Below, one piece after another: positions 37,239 through 47,192 of a stretch of 53,276 bases of DNA. Each line of letters starts with the position of its first letter. Position 1 is the stretch's first letter. The notes below the pieces were generated by a model. It did no database searches. It saw only the letters and a program-made list of their open reading frames with translations, and was not told the origin of the DNA. The stretch comes from a virus. Lineage: Duplodnaviria; Caudoviricetes. The DNA lies in IMG/VR virus record IMGVR_UViG_3300034152_000987, positions 1 through 53,276 of that record, one strand, 5' to 3'. Made by a program: the position numbers and the translations under genes.

Positions 37239-37742
37239 TCACCACTCGAATTGAAGCGTCGCTCCGTGTTCGTTGCAACCAGGATCCGATTCCAACAAGT
37301 TCGAAGAATGGCTGAATCTGTATCCTATTTTCCAACCGTTTCTCAAAAAACCGAACCCGTATTTGACGACGGCTATCATTCCTCTTCGAACGTAATCTTT
37401 TCCAGGCGAATCGAACCAATAAGATCCTCCCACTCCAATTTCCAAGTACGCGTTTTTAGGCAAAGTTTTTTCCCAGAACAAAGTCGCTCCGGTTGATTCG
37501 GAATTTCCTTCGTCAAACTTGCGGACGGCCACGTCCCCTTCCAAAACAAATTTGGATTTTTCCCATTCAATCAGATTAATTCCGGCCATGAGCGAAAAGC
37601 TTTTCAAGTCAACGTCGTCTTTTTGACCCCAACCCATTTCCATTCCAGGGTCTTCCATGTAAGAAATCCCCATTGCGTCAATCAAGATTAAAAAACACAA
37701 CGCGTAAGACAAAACGGTTTTGATCATTTGAAACAAGCGCAC
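37239..37742 (-). CDS. PagL-like outer-membrane beta-barrel (lipid A 3-O-deacylase family)
   Basis: Signal-peptide-like N-terminus, amphipathic beta strands, YLEIGVGG, IGYRFSHSSN (HxSN) and DPGCN, C-terminal aromatic (LQFEW). Confidence 0.65.
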   Translation of the reverse strand: MRLFQMIKTVLSYALCFLILIDAMGISYMEDPGMEMGWGQKDDVDLKSFSLMAGINLIEWEKSKFVLEGDVAVRKFDEGNSESTGATLFWEKTLPKNAYLEIGVGGSYWFDSPGKDYVRRGMIAVVKYGFGFLRNGWKIGYRFSHSSNLLESDPGCNEHGATLQFEW

Positions 37743-38053
37743 TCCTTGTTTTTTAGAATTTCAATTTGTTCTTCAATGGAGTTCACGAATTCAGTTTGTT
37801 TGTCGGATCCAGTGGCTTGTTTTTCATCCAACGGGCTGAAATGCTTGTAATTTCTTTTTTCCATTTCTTTTGTCAAAGCCTCGTGCCTGTTTTGCAACGC
37901 TTTCAATTTTCCAACCCATCTCAACGTTTCAGGATGTTTGGAATACCCTTTCTTTCCGTTGGCAATCACTGACCAAATCGCGTGCAACTCTCTGTGCTCT
38001 CCCAACAAATGCTTCCTGCACAGCTCACTTGGTTTCACGTCCCAAATCCTCAT
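37724..38053 (-). CDS. Pyrimidine dimer DNA glycosylase / endonuclease V-like protein
   Basis: MRIWD...LCRKHLLGEHRELH...HPE..RW...RHE.L..EM..R.YKH.SPL. Confidence 0.75.
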   Translation of the reverse strand: MRIWDVKPSELCRKHLLGEHRELHAIWSVIANGKKGYSKHPETLRWVGKLKALQNRHEALTKEMEKRNYKHFSPLDEKQATGSDKQTEFVNSIEEQIEILKNKECACFK

Positions 38054-38920
38054 CTTTCAACCCTTTCAAATTTTCAAAGTTTTCAACCAAAGCGCAAAAA
38101 CCACACAATTCTCTAACTTCTTCATTTCCTTTCACAAAATCCCTGGCCAAAACAAAACCGTTGCAATTGGTCAACCTTCGGCCGCATTTGAAACATTTTC
38201 GGTTTGGTTCATTCACGGATCGTCTTCCTTAGCGAAAAACCGCTTTCCTTTTTCTTTTGAACCAACCGCAGTCGTTCTTTTCGTTCAATTCTCTGGGGCT
38301 TCATTTGTGCCCCGTCACTTCTCTCAACCACGACCATTCGCTGTTTGAGTTGACGACAACGTTGTTTGGGTTGGAACATTCCCAGTCCACTGGATAACAC
38401 GCTTTGATTTTCAACCATTTGCAATTTGAGCAATAAACCTTTTTTTCTCCAAACATTTCAATCTCCTCTCAGATAAAAAAATAAAATCGTGACAGTCAAC
38501 GTTCATTGAAATACAAAAATTTCTCTATTCTTTTAATGAGGTAGTCAACGTTCGGGTAAATCACCCTTCTCAAATAAATCACTTCCTCTTCAACTTCTTC
38601 AACGTCTTTTTCAAAATCCATTTCACCTTCTTTCTGAGACGTTTCGGTTATTTGAATTTCATATTCGTTTGACGAACGAAAATTGGCTGGATTTAAGATT
38701 GGATTCAGGTCTTCATTGACGTGACATTCTATTTCATAAGCGAGGCTTGCCAAAGCCACGTCACAAACCTTTTTTTCGTACGTTCTCACTCTGTTGAAAG
38801 AATCATCCAACAAATCAATTGTCACAGTGAATTCCGGTTCCATGAATTTAAAATCCTCTCATTTGAATTTTTCATTTGCCAAGTCTCTGTAAATAACAGG
38901 TTACTTTATTGCTCTCGCTC

Positions 38921-39340
38921 TCATTCTCTTTTTTTCCACCTTGCGGCGGGATCCCCGATCGGTTTTTCCAAACGCGCCATTTTGATTTCCCCCGTTTTTC
39001 TGTTTCTAACCACCGCGTCGACGGTTTGCAACTTTTCGCCTCTCCACGATTTCGCCACTTCCAACAATTCCAAATGCGCCAAGTCAATTTGTTCGAACGC
39101 TTCCTCAGCTTCCAACTCTCCCATTTCTTCGTAAATGGTTTCTTTCAACAAGACCAACCCTTGGTAATCGGTCAGAGCTTCAATCATCGATTCGTGACGA
39201 TTGATTTTTTTGTTGAAACAAGCGAACGCGAACAGAGTCAACGCGACTCCGACAATCAACAAAACGACGTTCACGGTTTTCAAGTTCAGTTCGGTTTCAT
39301 TTCTCATCTCCCACTCTCCTTTCCAAACGCTTCGATTCAA
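38921..39340 (-). CDS. Hypothetical membrane-anchored protein
   Basis: One hydrophobic helix followed by an acidic region. Confidence 0.5.
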   Translation of the reverse strand: MNRSVWKGEWEMRNETELNLKTVNVVLLIVGVALTLFAFACFNKKINRHESMIEALTDYQGLVLLKETIYEEMGELEAEEAFEQIDLAHLELLEVAKSWRGEKLQTVDAVVRNRKTGEIKMARLEKPIGDPAARWKKRE

Positions 39341-39632
39341 TCATGGTCGTCGACTTTTCAACGGAGCTCAAAATAAATTTTAAGGAGTCATTTCCAAGCT
39401 GATTCTAAATTTAATTCTGAAAACGTAAATAAAATTGATTGTGATTTCATTCTTTGCGAAAATCAAGGACAACAAGTTGCCTTTGTCAGTTTTCGCCATT
39501 ACGCCAAACAACCCCAATCCAATCCCTTTGCTCCCGTCAAGCGCAACCCACAACGGAATGAACGTAAACATTTTTTTTTTCTTTCCCCCTTCTCTGAGCT
39601 CTGCGCTCTGCGTTACATTGACTCTATTCTAC

Positions 39633-39660
39633 ATTATAATCATTATATTTTATTTGTCAA
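39633..39660 (-). promoter_or_regulatory. Sigma70-type promoter TTGACA-N16-TATAAT driving the leftward arm
   Basis: Perfect hexamers at the point where coding switches strand. Confidence 0.75.
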
Positions 39661-40219
39661 GTAAAATATCATGGTCATAGTGAAAAAACGCTCACAAAAG
39701 TGTGAGTTGGGGTCCCTGTCCATACAGTGGGGATAGATTTACATTTACAAATTATTATAGCCCCCTATTTACAAACTATTCCCTTTTTTTGGACTAACTA
39801 TTGAGGGGAGGTGTCTTAAATGACTAATTGCTTCTTCTGTCTTCACCTTACTCACAGAAGAGAAGCAGGCTTTGTCATCGGCTCCTGTCCATTCATCGAC
39901 GGCTCTGTTCTCTGTGTAGAGGACGACCGTGAGCATGTGAATGGAGTGGACAATGAGGACCTCGGCAACACCGACGTCGAGTTTCCTGAGCATTGCCCTC
40001 TTTACACCGATGAAGAGTTCATTGCTTACATTGGTGAGTAAAGAGAAGGCCCCTTAGGGGGCCCTTCTCTCAATCAGCCCTGGAAACAGGGCTGTTTGAG
40101 AGGGGTTTGGTCAAACCCTCGGGCTAGTCAACGGCCCATAACAAAAGAGTTGACCGCGAACCCATGGCTCTGGGCCATTGGGGTTAGTGCGTTTATTCCC
40201 ATGAGAGGAGGTGATACAC

Positions 40220-40528
40220 ATGGGAATCTATGCGGACATCAGGGGAACACAGGTCAAAGCATCTGGCCTGGTTGCCAAGGTGGTCTGCAAGGCGACAGGC
40301 ACAGAGTGTGCTGATGAAGCCCCTCTAGATAGAGACGGCGCTATCAGAGCACTCAACATCCTGGATGCCATGTTCAGCGATGGACTATCGCTGTCCAGGG
40401 TGGACATGGATGGTGTGCGAATTGCCGCGGCGGACTGTTGGGACATAGCAGCTGTCGCAGAATTCGCGGCTCGCCTTGTGGATTGGTTGGTTAACGACCA
40501 AACCGGAGAGCCAATACGGTTCGGTTAG
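40220..40528 (+). CDS. Hypothetical early protein
   Basis: ATG after AGGAGGTG SD; about 102 aa; followed by a hairpin. Confidence 0.6.
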   Translation: MGIYADIRGTQVKASGLVAKVVCKATGTECADEAPLDRDGAIRALNILDAMFSDGLSLSRVDMDGVRIAAADCWDIAAVAEFAARLVDWLVNDQTGEPIRFG

Positions 40529-40646
40529 TTGGAAACCAACTAAACCGCCGAAACCCCATACACTAACCAGGCTTAGGCCCGTGGGGTACATAACTACCGA
40601 AGGGGTGTTATAAGGTAGTATTTTCATAATGAAAGGAGGGGATGAC

Positions 40647-40775
40647 ATGGACGACGACCGCTTCTTGAAAATTCTTGACGTGGTTGAGATAGCTCTGTAC
40701 GTCATCGCGTTGTTTGGCGGCGGGGCCTTTGGCGTGTGGTACTTTCTCACCATGGCCTGTCTTCTAACAACCTAA
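40647..40775 (+). CDS. 42-aa membrane peptide, not in the ORF track
   Basis: AAGGAGG SD; MDDDRFLKILDVVEIALYVIALFGGGAFGVWYFLTMACLLTT; stops just before repeat copy 2. Confidence 0.6.
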   Translation: MDDDRFLKILDVVEIALYVIALFGGGAFGVWYFLTMACLLTT

Positions 40776-40850
40776 ATGGGGTGGGCCCCTTAGGGGGCCC
40801 TTCTCTCAATCAGCCCTGGAAACAGGGCTGTTTGAGAGGAGGTGATAACC

Positions 40851-41027
40851 ATGAAACCTATTTATTGTGGTCCCCCCAAAAAACCTCTCTCCAAGTTGGA
40901 GCAGGAGTGGGTTTGGATTTGTGAGGACTACGAAGAAATCCGAAACAGGCCCGGAAGAGGTTTTGTCGAGGAAAGGCGAAAGTTGCTTGCCAGAAAGTGT
41001 CGCCTGGAAAGGCTACTCGGATGGTAG
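40851..41027 (+). CDS. Small hypothetical protein between repeat copies 2 and 3
   Basis: ATG directly after the element's SD; 58 aa. Confidence 0.6.
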   Translation: MKPIYCGPPKKPLSKLEQEWVWICEDYEEIRNRPGRGFVEERRKLLARKCRLERLLGW

Positions 41028-42243
41028 AGAACAGGCCCCTTAGGGGGCCCTTCTCTCAATCAGCCCTGGAAACAGGGCTGTTTGAGAGGAGGTGATAACC
41101 GTGAAGGAAATGACAATGAAAACAGAAGAAGCTGTGGTCAAAGTCAAGGAGATTGTGGAAACCCTCAAACGCTTGGTTAAAGGACTGGAATCCTGTCTTG
41201 AACTGATTCCAAACAACAGCCCCAATTGGGAAATCACTTTTAACAAGTATGAGAAAGCGCACGAATGTTTTTCAGCCGCCCGAAAGAAATTGGAGTGGCT
41301 TAAGATTTCTCCTTACGCCAAAGCTTGCGTCAATCTCAACCGGCTTCTTCCCTCACAATTGAAAGGAGGTGAAAGAAATGATGCAGATTTGCACCTCGGA
41401 AGAAGCGATTAAACTCATTCAAGAAGAAGTCATTGACTTCTTGTCTCTCATCGCCATACGAATGTTCGAAGCTGGACAGTGTTTCAGCGACGAATTCACT
41501 GAGGTGTTCGCTCAAAGGGAACGAGCTCGAAACAGGCAGAACGAGCTTTTGGTGGCGCAAACTCTTTCCGTTAAACCCATTTACGTCATGCTGGACGTCA
41601 ACAACATGATAACAATAACAAAATAGGAGGTGAAACGAGTGGAGGAAATGAAGAGAATCAAAGGCAAACTTGTCATCGTAAACAAAGAAACTCAAAGCGA
41701 TCTCAAAACTCTTAGACGCATGCGGAAAGAAGTGTTTCGCATGAAAAAAAGAATAGAACGATTGAAGGGAGGTGAATGAAATGACAAGGACCGTTTTTCA
41801 TGGTTTGCGCGAAACGTTGGACAAACAATACGATGACCCTGTGATTGCCACGTTGATTCACAAACTCGAAAGCGTTCTTCCAGAACCTTGTGAAAGCGAG
41901 TGGGCAATCTCCGTTCCAGAACCGTGCTCCATGCTTCACAACTTGATTGGCTCCATAGCGTTCGCCCTTGGATACAAATTCACGTTCTTATTCATGGATT
42001 GTGAAGGAAACCTGGCGCTGACCTCTTTGCCAACTGAACTAAATTGAAGGAGGTGGAAAAAATGTCGTCGAGGGTGGCCAAAATAGAAGTCAAGAGACTG
42101 GTCGTTTGCCCAAGTTGCAACAGAGAAATCATTATTTGTTCTGAAAACGACGGCGACGTGGAAGAGTACGTCTCTGACTTCACTTGCCCTTACTGCAAGA
42201 ATTTGATAAGAGCACCCAATTACAGTTAGAGGAGGTGAAAACA

Positions 42244-42549
42244 ATGAGCGTGAAAGACGAACTCAGGCGCTTTTACAACGTCATGAAAGAAACTGAAATT
42301 CCAGTGGTCAAGGAAAGGATTGTTGAAAAGCACTACTGGGGCAACAAGTTTCTTTTTGAAGACGGCGTAGGAGAATTCATCACTCCAAAGTCTTTGGAGA
42401 TTCAGGCAAAGGAAGACGGGGAAGAAGGAATGATGGCCGTATTGAACATTTTGTACGACTACATTGGAACTTATTCCCCGGAAGCCGCTGAAGAAGCTGA
42501 CGCAGTGGCAAACCGAGTTTTCAATTTTTGTCAGCGAAAGGACCGTTGA
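42244..42549 (+). CDS. Hypothetical early protein
   Basis: AGGAGGTG SD; 101 aa. Confidence 0.6.
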   Translation: MSVKDELRRFYNVMKETEIPVVKERIVEKHYWGNKFLFEDGVGEFITPKSLEIQAKEDGEEGMMAVLNILYDYIGTYSPEAAEEADAVANRVFNFCQRKDR

Positions 42550-42593
42550 AAGAGTTGGCAGCGACGAAACTTGCAACGTCGTCGTTGCCTCTC

Positions 42594-42720
42594 TTCACGG
42601 GGGTCGTTAGGCAGAGCTGGCACCGTTGAACGCGGATTTAACCCCAGCACCGCGAACAAATAAAGCGCGCCACAATAACGTGGTGGTTCGCACTTGCGAC
42701 AGCTTAGCGACCCCCATGAA
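42594..42720 (+). ncRNA. Candidate structured RNA closed by a 19-bp stem
   Basis: TTCACGGGGGTCGTTAGGC pairs with GCTTAGCGACCCCCATGAA (two G-U, one mismatch) in an intergenic gap. Confidence 0.45.
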
Positions 42721-42754
42721 GGGAATTAAATAGAAAGTAAAAGAGGTAAAGAAA

Positions 42755-43198
42755 ATGAAACTTAGTGCTAAAGGAGAGAGTGTACGCAATGGCAAGGGGA
42801 TAACATTACACACAAATGACACCGTATGGATTATCACCGAACACGTGAGTGAAACAGGACAAACATTCCCATTAAGTAGAATCTTTCTTTCCCCCATGGA
42901 TGCCTGGAAACACATAGTGCGTCTTATCCATGACATTAAACAAGCAGCTATACTTACCCGTTGTGGTGAAATAGTGCGTGCTCCGTTTTATAGCAAAGAT
43001 GGGCCTACTATTAGGGATTGGTTAAAGTATTCAAACACAAAGGAATTTAGAGATAGGTTTTTACCAATAACCATCGACGTACCACATAAATTCACAGACG
43101 TAAAGAAGGTAAACTTAAGTGTAGCAATACGCGTTCCAGCTCTTGCTGGAAAGGATTCTATTACTTACACATTTTGCATCCACAGTTGTTTGGTGTAA
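42755..43198 (+). CDS. Hypothetical protein in a TA-rich island
   Basis: 147 aa; composition differs from its neighbours. Confidence 0.6.
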   Translation: MKLSAKGESVRNGKGITLHTNDTVWIITEHVSETGQTFPLSRIFLSPMDAWKHIVRLIHDIKQAAILTRCGEIVRAPFYSKDGPTIRDWLKYSNTKEFRDRFLPITIDVPHKFTDVKKVNLSVAIRVPALAGKDSITYTFCIHSCLV

Positions 43199-44050
43199 AT
43201 ATAACAAAAAGGAGGTGAAAACATGCGTTGGGACGGAATTCAACTGCATCTCAATCAGTATGAGTTGATGACGATGAAAACCGCTTTGTCCAGCGGTGGT
43301 TTGGAAAAAGCCACTGATTGGCTTCATCGAAGGTCAATTCAAGAAAACATGAACGTTCCAAGATTGTGCTGCGCCCATTCAGCCATGGTTTATCACAACA
43401 TGCTGGAAACCATAACTCCTCAAACTAGGAAGGAGTGGGAAGCGTTGTACAAAAAGTTAAGGAGGTGATGCTTGTGTCTGATTTTGACCTTGGTTTCGAA
43501 GACTTTGCTTGGGTCGGCGGCGCCATTGGCGCTGCCGAGGAAGAATTGTTTGAGGAAACCAAACTAAGAAAGAAACTTGGAAAGAAAACGCTGGAAGAAG
43601 AATTGAACCCTGACGTGAACGACGTCGGAGACGGGCTTGACGATTGCTTCTAGCAAACCCATGAAAGGAGGACTGAACCGATGAAGGATTTACTAAACAA
43701 GATTAAGGCGGAGGTAGAAAAGGTTGTTAACAACAACCAGGCTGCTGCCAAGACAAAGAAGTTTCTTGCGGCACGAAAAGGTAAAGAAAACACGAATCAT
43801 TTTGTTGTGGGCGTGGGAGTGGTTGCCATAGTGCTTGTTGGCATTATTCTATCTCCAATACTCCTTCCGCTGGCAGCCCTTGGTGGTCTTTTAGCCATAG
43901 GCGTGGCGGGTATATGGCTGATTGGAAGAATCATTAACTGGATGGCTAGTCATGCCCATCGCGCACCGGTTAAAGACAGTGAATAACAAACTCGAACCAC
44001 TAGGCTTCTTTACATTGAAGTCTAGTGGTTCCTTAACCAGAGAGGAGGTG

Positions 44051-44350
44051 ATGATTGTGAACGTCATAATAACCAACCACGCCATTGAGCGTTTTCAGAA
44101 GAGATCCAATAAAAAAGAACTAAAATTCACAACGGCTGAGAGCGCCCTTCTCAATCTTTTCTTTTACTCTATTGAAGAAGGCCGGCTACACGGAAATTAC
44201 GGAGACGTGAAATCACGTAGAAGCCGGGACGGCAGATGGCGATTTTTGTACAAAACAAAAAACTCTCCTAAGACATACGTTGTGTTAACATGCGTCAGAA
44301 TAACCAACAGAAACTTCATAACTAGAAGACCTCACCGAAAACATTGGTGA
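44051..44350 (+). CDS. Small basic protein, RelE/BECR-fold RNase-like
   Basis: IITNHAIERFQKR N-terminus, WRFLY and VVLTC strands. Confidence 0.4.
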   Translation: MIVNVIITNHAIERFQKRSNKKELKFTTAESALLNLFFYSIEEGRLHGNYGDVKSRRSRDGRWRFLYKTKNSPKTYVVLTCVRITNRNFITRRPHRKHW

Positions 44351-44364
44351 AAGGAGGATTAGCC

Positions 44365-44670
44365 ATGATGGAAGAAAACGTAAAGGCAATCAGAATGAGT
44401 TTTAACGGACAAACCCTCATCGCGCAAAGAACCACTTACCCAAACGGCATGATTTCCATCCAACTTTTCAACTTAGAAGGGATGCCATTCGCAAAGGCCA
44501 CAATCGACTCTTTGCCCGAACTGCCCGCCAAGGGCTGCGCTTTCGTAAAAAACTACGCTGAAAACAACGGCGTCTTGGAAGCGTTGGAAGAAGCGGGGCT
44601 TGTCAAGCCCACTGGAAATAAAATGAGCGTTGGCTACGCGGAAGCCGACGAGGTGGAAGTTTTGTTCTAA
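44365..44670 (+). CDS. DUF4313-like protein
   Basis: YPNG.ISIQL...PFAKAT...CAFVKNYAEN.G.LEALEEAGL..PTG....GY pattern. Confidence 0.55.
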   Translation: MMEENVKAIRMSFNGQTLIAQRTTYPNGMISIQLFNLEGMPFAKATIDSLPELPAKGCAFVKNYAENNGVLEALEEAGLVKPTGNKMSVGYAEADEVEVLF

Positions 44671-44819
44671 ATTAAACTGAACTTGGAGAGCGACGGGCGT
44701 AGAACTTTAGGCCCGTCCCTCTCTCAAGCCCTCTTCATCGTTTTGGAAAAGAACGCGTTCTTTTTCAAACGATGAAGAGGGCTTGAGAGGGGACTCCAAT
44801 CCCCTCCTAGGAAAGGGGG

Positions 44820-45090
44820 TGGTTAAGTGCCTTCCTCTAACTCATTAGACCCTAAGTGGTTATTTGGGCTGGTTTTAATGGGTCTGCCAGCATTGCAACC
44901 GTGAGCGGACAGCCCAGCCGCAAGTTTGCCGAACTCGTCGCGAGGCGGGGGCGGAAAGCCAGGGGTCCGCTTGCACTGACTGGGACGGCGTGAGTTTGCG
45001 CCAGCGCGTGAATTTACGCCAGCGAGATACCCTGATGCCACCGCATTTAGTTCATGGCAAACAAACCGCAATGGACCGCTGGCAAAAAAC
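44820..45090 (+). ncRNA. Candidate ~270-nt multi-branched ncRNA
   Basis: GC-rich gap with no plus-strand ORF and nested long-range helices (see findings). Confidence 0.5.
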
Positions 45091-45375
45091 GACATCCACG
45101 TTTGAAAAGGAGGTGATGTAGAATGCGTTCAAGCAAAGTCAAGGCTCTTGTCGACAGGGCTGACAACGCTGGCTACGTGCCGGTTCTGTCCGGTAAAAAG
45201 CGCAGGAGCATGAAGACCATGCCTTGCCCCAAAGTTCACAGCCACACGGCCATCGTTTTTCGCCCCAAGAACAACCCAAAGGGCAAGAGAGTCGTCAGGT
45301 GCCCTTATTGCGCTTAACCTCGTGAGGGGGGCCTTGACCCCCCTTGCCCAACCTCATTTGAAAAGGAGGCAAACA

Positions 45376-46029
45376 ATGTCTTGGAAAAGCGAACACATGA
45401 ATTTAAAACCTCTTCCAAGAGGTGAGGCTAGGGGAGGTATTAAAATAAGTGATGTCCCTCCTCGTACTCCGGCTAATGATAAAAGAATGCGTAAGCGTCA
45501 TAGAAATCTGTATGGTTCTACAAAGTTTACGGACATACAGATTGTTTACTTCTTTTTAAAACATAAAGGTGTTTGTGAAAAAGCGTCAGCATATTTAGGG
45601 TATAAAAGCCACTGGGGTTTTATTTGTAGAGTAAGAAAAATAGTATACAATGGTTCACCATTAAAACCTCAAGGTAAAAAGAAGTCCTCATTTACCTCTC
45701 AAGAATTACAAGTTGCCATGGAACTTTCTAAAGGAGTAATTCCTGACGCAGCAAGGTTGCTTGGCGTTAACAAATCTACTGTAAGACAGCGTTGCTGTAA
45801 AGAAGGTATTAAGGTGCGTATCGGTCCTAGAAAAGGACGTTCAACTACAACCCTTACGTATAAGGAGAGCCTAAAGATAGGTAAACTCTTAATTAAAAGA
45901 GATGGAAACATAGGAACCGTCGCAAAAGAACTTAAACAAACTCCACAAACGATTGTATGGAAGGTAGCCAGGATGTACATCATTGACGTTCTTGGCATCG
46001 GTGAGTACAAAAAATCAAAACAATCCTGA
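45376..46029 (+). CDS. Multi-HTH (Fis-like) basic DNA-binding protein in a TA-rich island
   Basis: Three segments of type GVxxxAAxxLG (KGVCEKASAYLG, KGVIPDAARLLGVNKSTV, DGNIGTVAKELK). Confidence 0.55.
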   Translation: MSWKSEHMNLKPLPRGEARGGIKISDVPPRTPANDKRMRKRHRNLYGSTKFTDIQIVYFFLKHKGVCEKASAYLGYKSHWGFICRVRKIVYNGSPLKPQGKKKSSFTSQELQVAMELSKGVIPDAARLLGVNKSTVRQRCCKEGIKVRIGPRKGRSTTTLTYKESLKIGKLLIKRDGNIGTVAKELKQTPQTIVWKVARMYIIDVLGIGEYKKSKQS

Positions 46030-46624
46030 TTCAAAAGGAGGTGATTGCGTGAAAAACTCTTGTGGTTTTGAGGGTCCCAACGCAGGGTCCTTTGAAGAAG
46101 TCCCAGATTTTTTGGGAGAAATTGACGACGAGTTCAGCTCTTGGGATTACCCGCCTGGCACAATGTTCATGTTCTGGTGGGAAAGTTTGATGATGACGTC
46201 TGGTTTTTTCAATGGAGTGAAACACAACTTTGAAACCGCCGAAATGTCTCGCAGTTATTGGGGCAGGTGGCATGAAAAAAGGAGGTAGATTATGCGTTCG
46301 CCAAAACAAGTGAACATTTATGACTTGTCTGGAGGTCTCATTGCAGGCGGTTTGATGTCTCTTGACACAGTCAAACAAAAAGTAGAGGAAAGAAACGGCG
46401 ACGTCAACGCCGTGGAAACCTTGTGGGAGGAATCCAACGGAAGCGTTTACGTGGAGGATTACGCAAAAACGGTAAAAGTGAGCATTTCAAACATTTTCTA
46501 AAGGAGGTTTGAGTTCTGAAGACGGCCATCAGCTGGAGGTCTGGTGGCCGCTTCTTGAGGACTTCAATCCACGTTAAAAAGGAGGTAAATTCAAACAACG
46601 CTCAATCAGAAAGGAGGAACCGAA

Positions 46625-47188
46625 ATGCCAAACGTTCAATTGGATTTAAAACCTGAAAGCACTCTTTGTTTTTCGGGCCATCGACCGAACAACCTTGGAG
46701 GTTATTACGGACCAAAGGCCAGGGCCATTCAGAGCGGAATTCATTCCAAGCTTTATGAATTGGCAAAGAGAGCCCATGAAGGAGGTTTTCGAACTTTCAT
46801 TCAAGGCGGAGCTCAAGGAGTGGATTGGATTGCCGCAGAGGCGTGCATTCGGCTCAGAAGGGAAGGGCACAATTTGAGATTGATAACCGCGAAACCTTTT
46901 CCTTCTCAAGCGGCCAAGTGGCCAAACGTGGTCATGGACAGGTACAACAACATTCTTGAACAATCCGACGCAGTCATCAACGTTTCTGACGACCCGTTCA
47001 CGGCTGTGAAAATGTTCGACAGGAACATGTGGATGATTGACAGGAGCAGAGTTCTCATTGCCGTGTTTGGAGGAAAGTCTGGAGGAACCCTTCAAGCGAT
47101 TTCTTACGCCAGACGGAAAGGACTGCTCATCTGTTCAATAGACCCAATTCATCTTGAGGAGAATTGGGAAAGACCTGAAAGGAGGTAA
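46625..47188 (+). CDS. SLOG superfamily protein (YspA/DUF1273-like)
   Basis: CFSGHRP, FIQGGAQGVD, RNMWMID, GGT...I.YA motifs. Confidence 0.82.
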   Translation: MPNVQLDLKPESTLCFSGHRPNNLGGYYGPKARAIQSGIHSKLYELAKRAHEGGFRTFIQGGAQGVDWIAAEACIRLRREGHNLRLITAKPFPSQAAKWPNVVMDRYNNILEQSDAVINVSDDPFTAVKMFDRNMWMIDRSRVLIAVFGGKSGGTLQAISYARRKGLLICSIDPIHLEENWERPERR

Positions 47189-47192
47189 ATTA

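Larger units (their letters stand above)
40048..41100 (+). repeat. Three copies of an intergenic double-hairpin element (40048-40103, 40784-40850, 41034-41100)
   Basis: GGCCCCTTAGGGGGCCCTTCTCTCAATCAGCCCTGGAAACAGGGCTGTTTGAGAGG is identical in all three; copies 2 and 3 are identical over 67 bp including SD and spacer. Confidence 0.95.

Noticed and set aside
40048-41100. CRISPR array
   Set aside because: Repeats are 56-67 bp, spaced about 180-680 bp apart by ORF-containing segments; no cas genes in the window.
44815-45100. tmRNA, tRNA or RNase P
   Set aside because: No T-arm GTTCRA with matching acceptor stem and CCA end, and no RNase P P4 consensus seen by eye.
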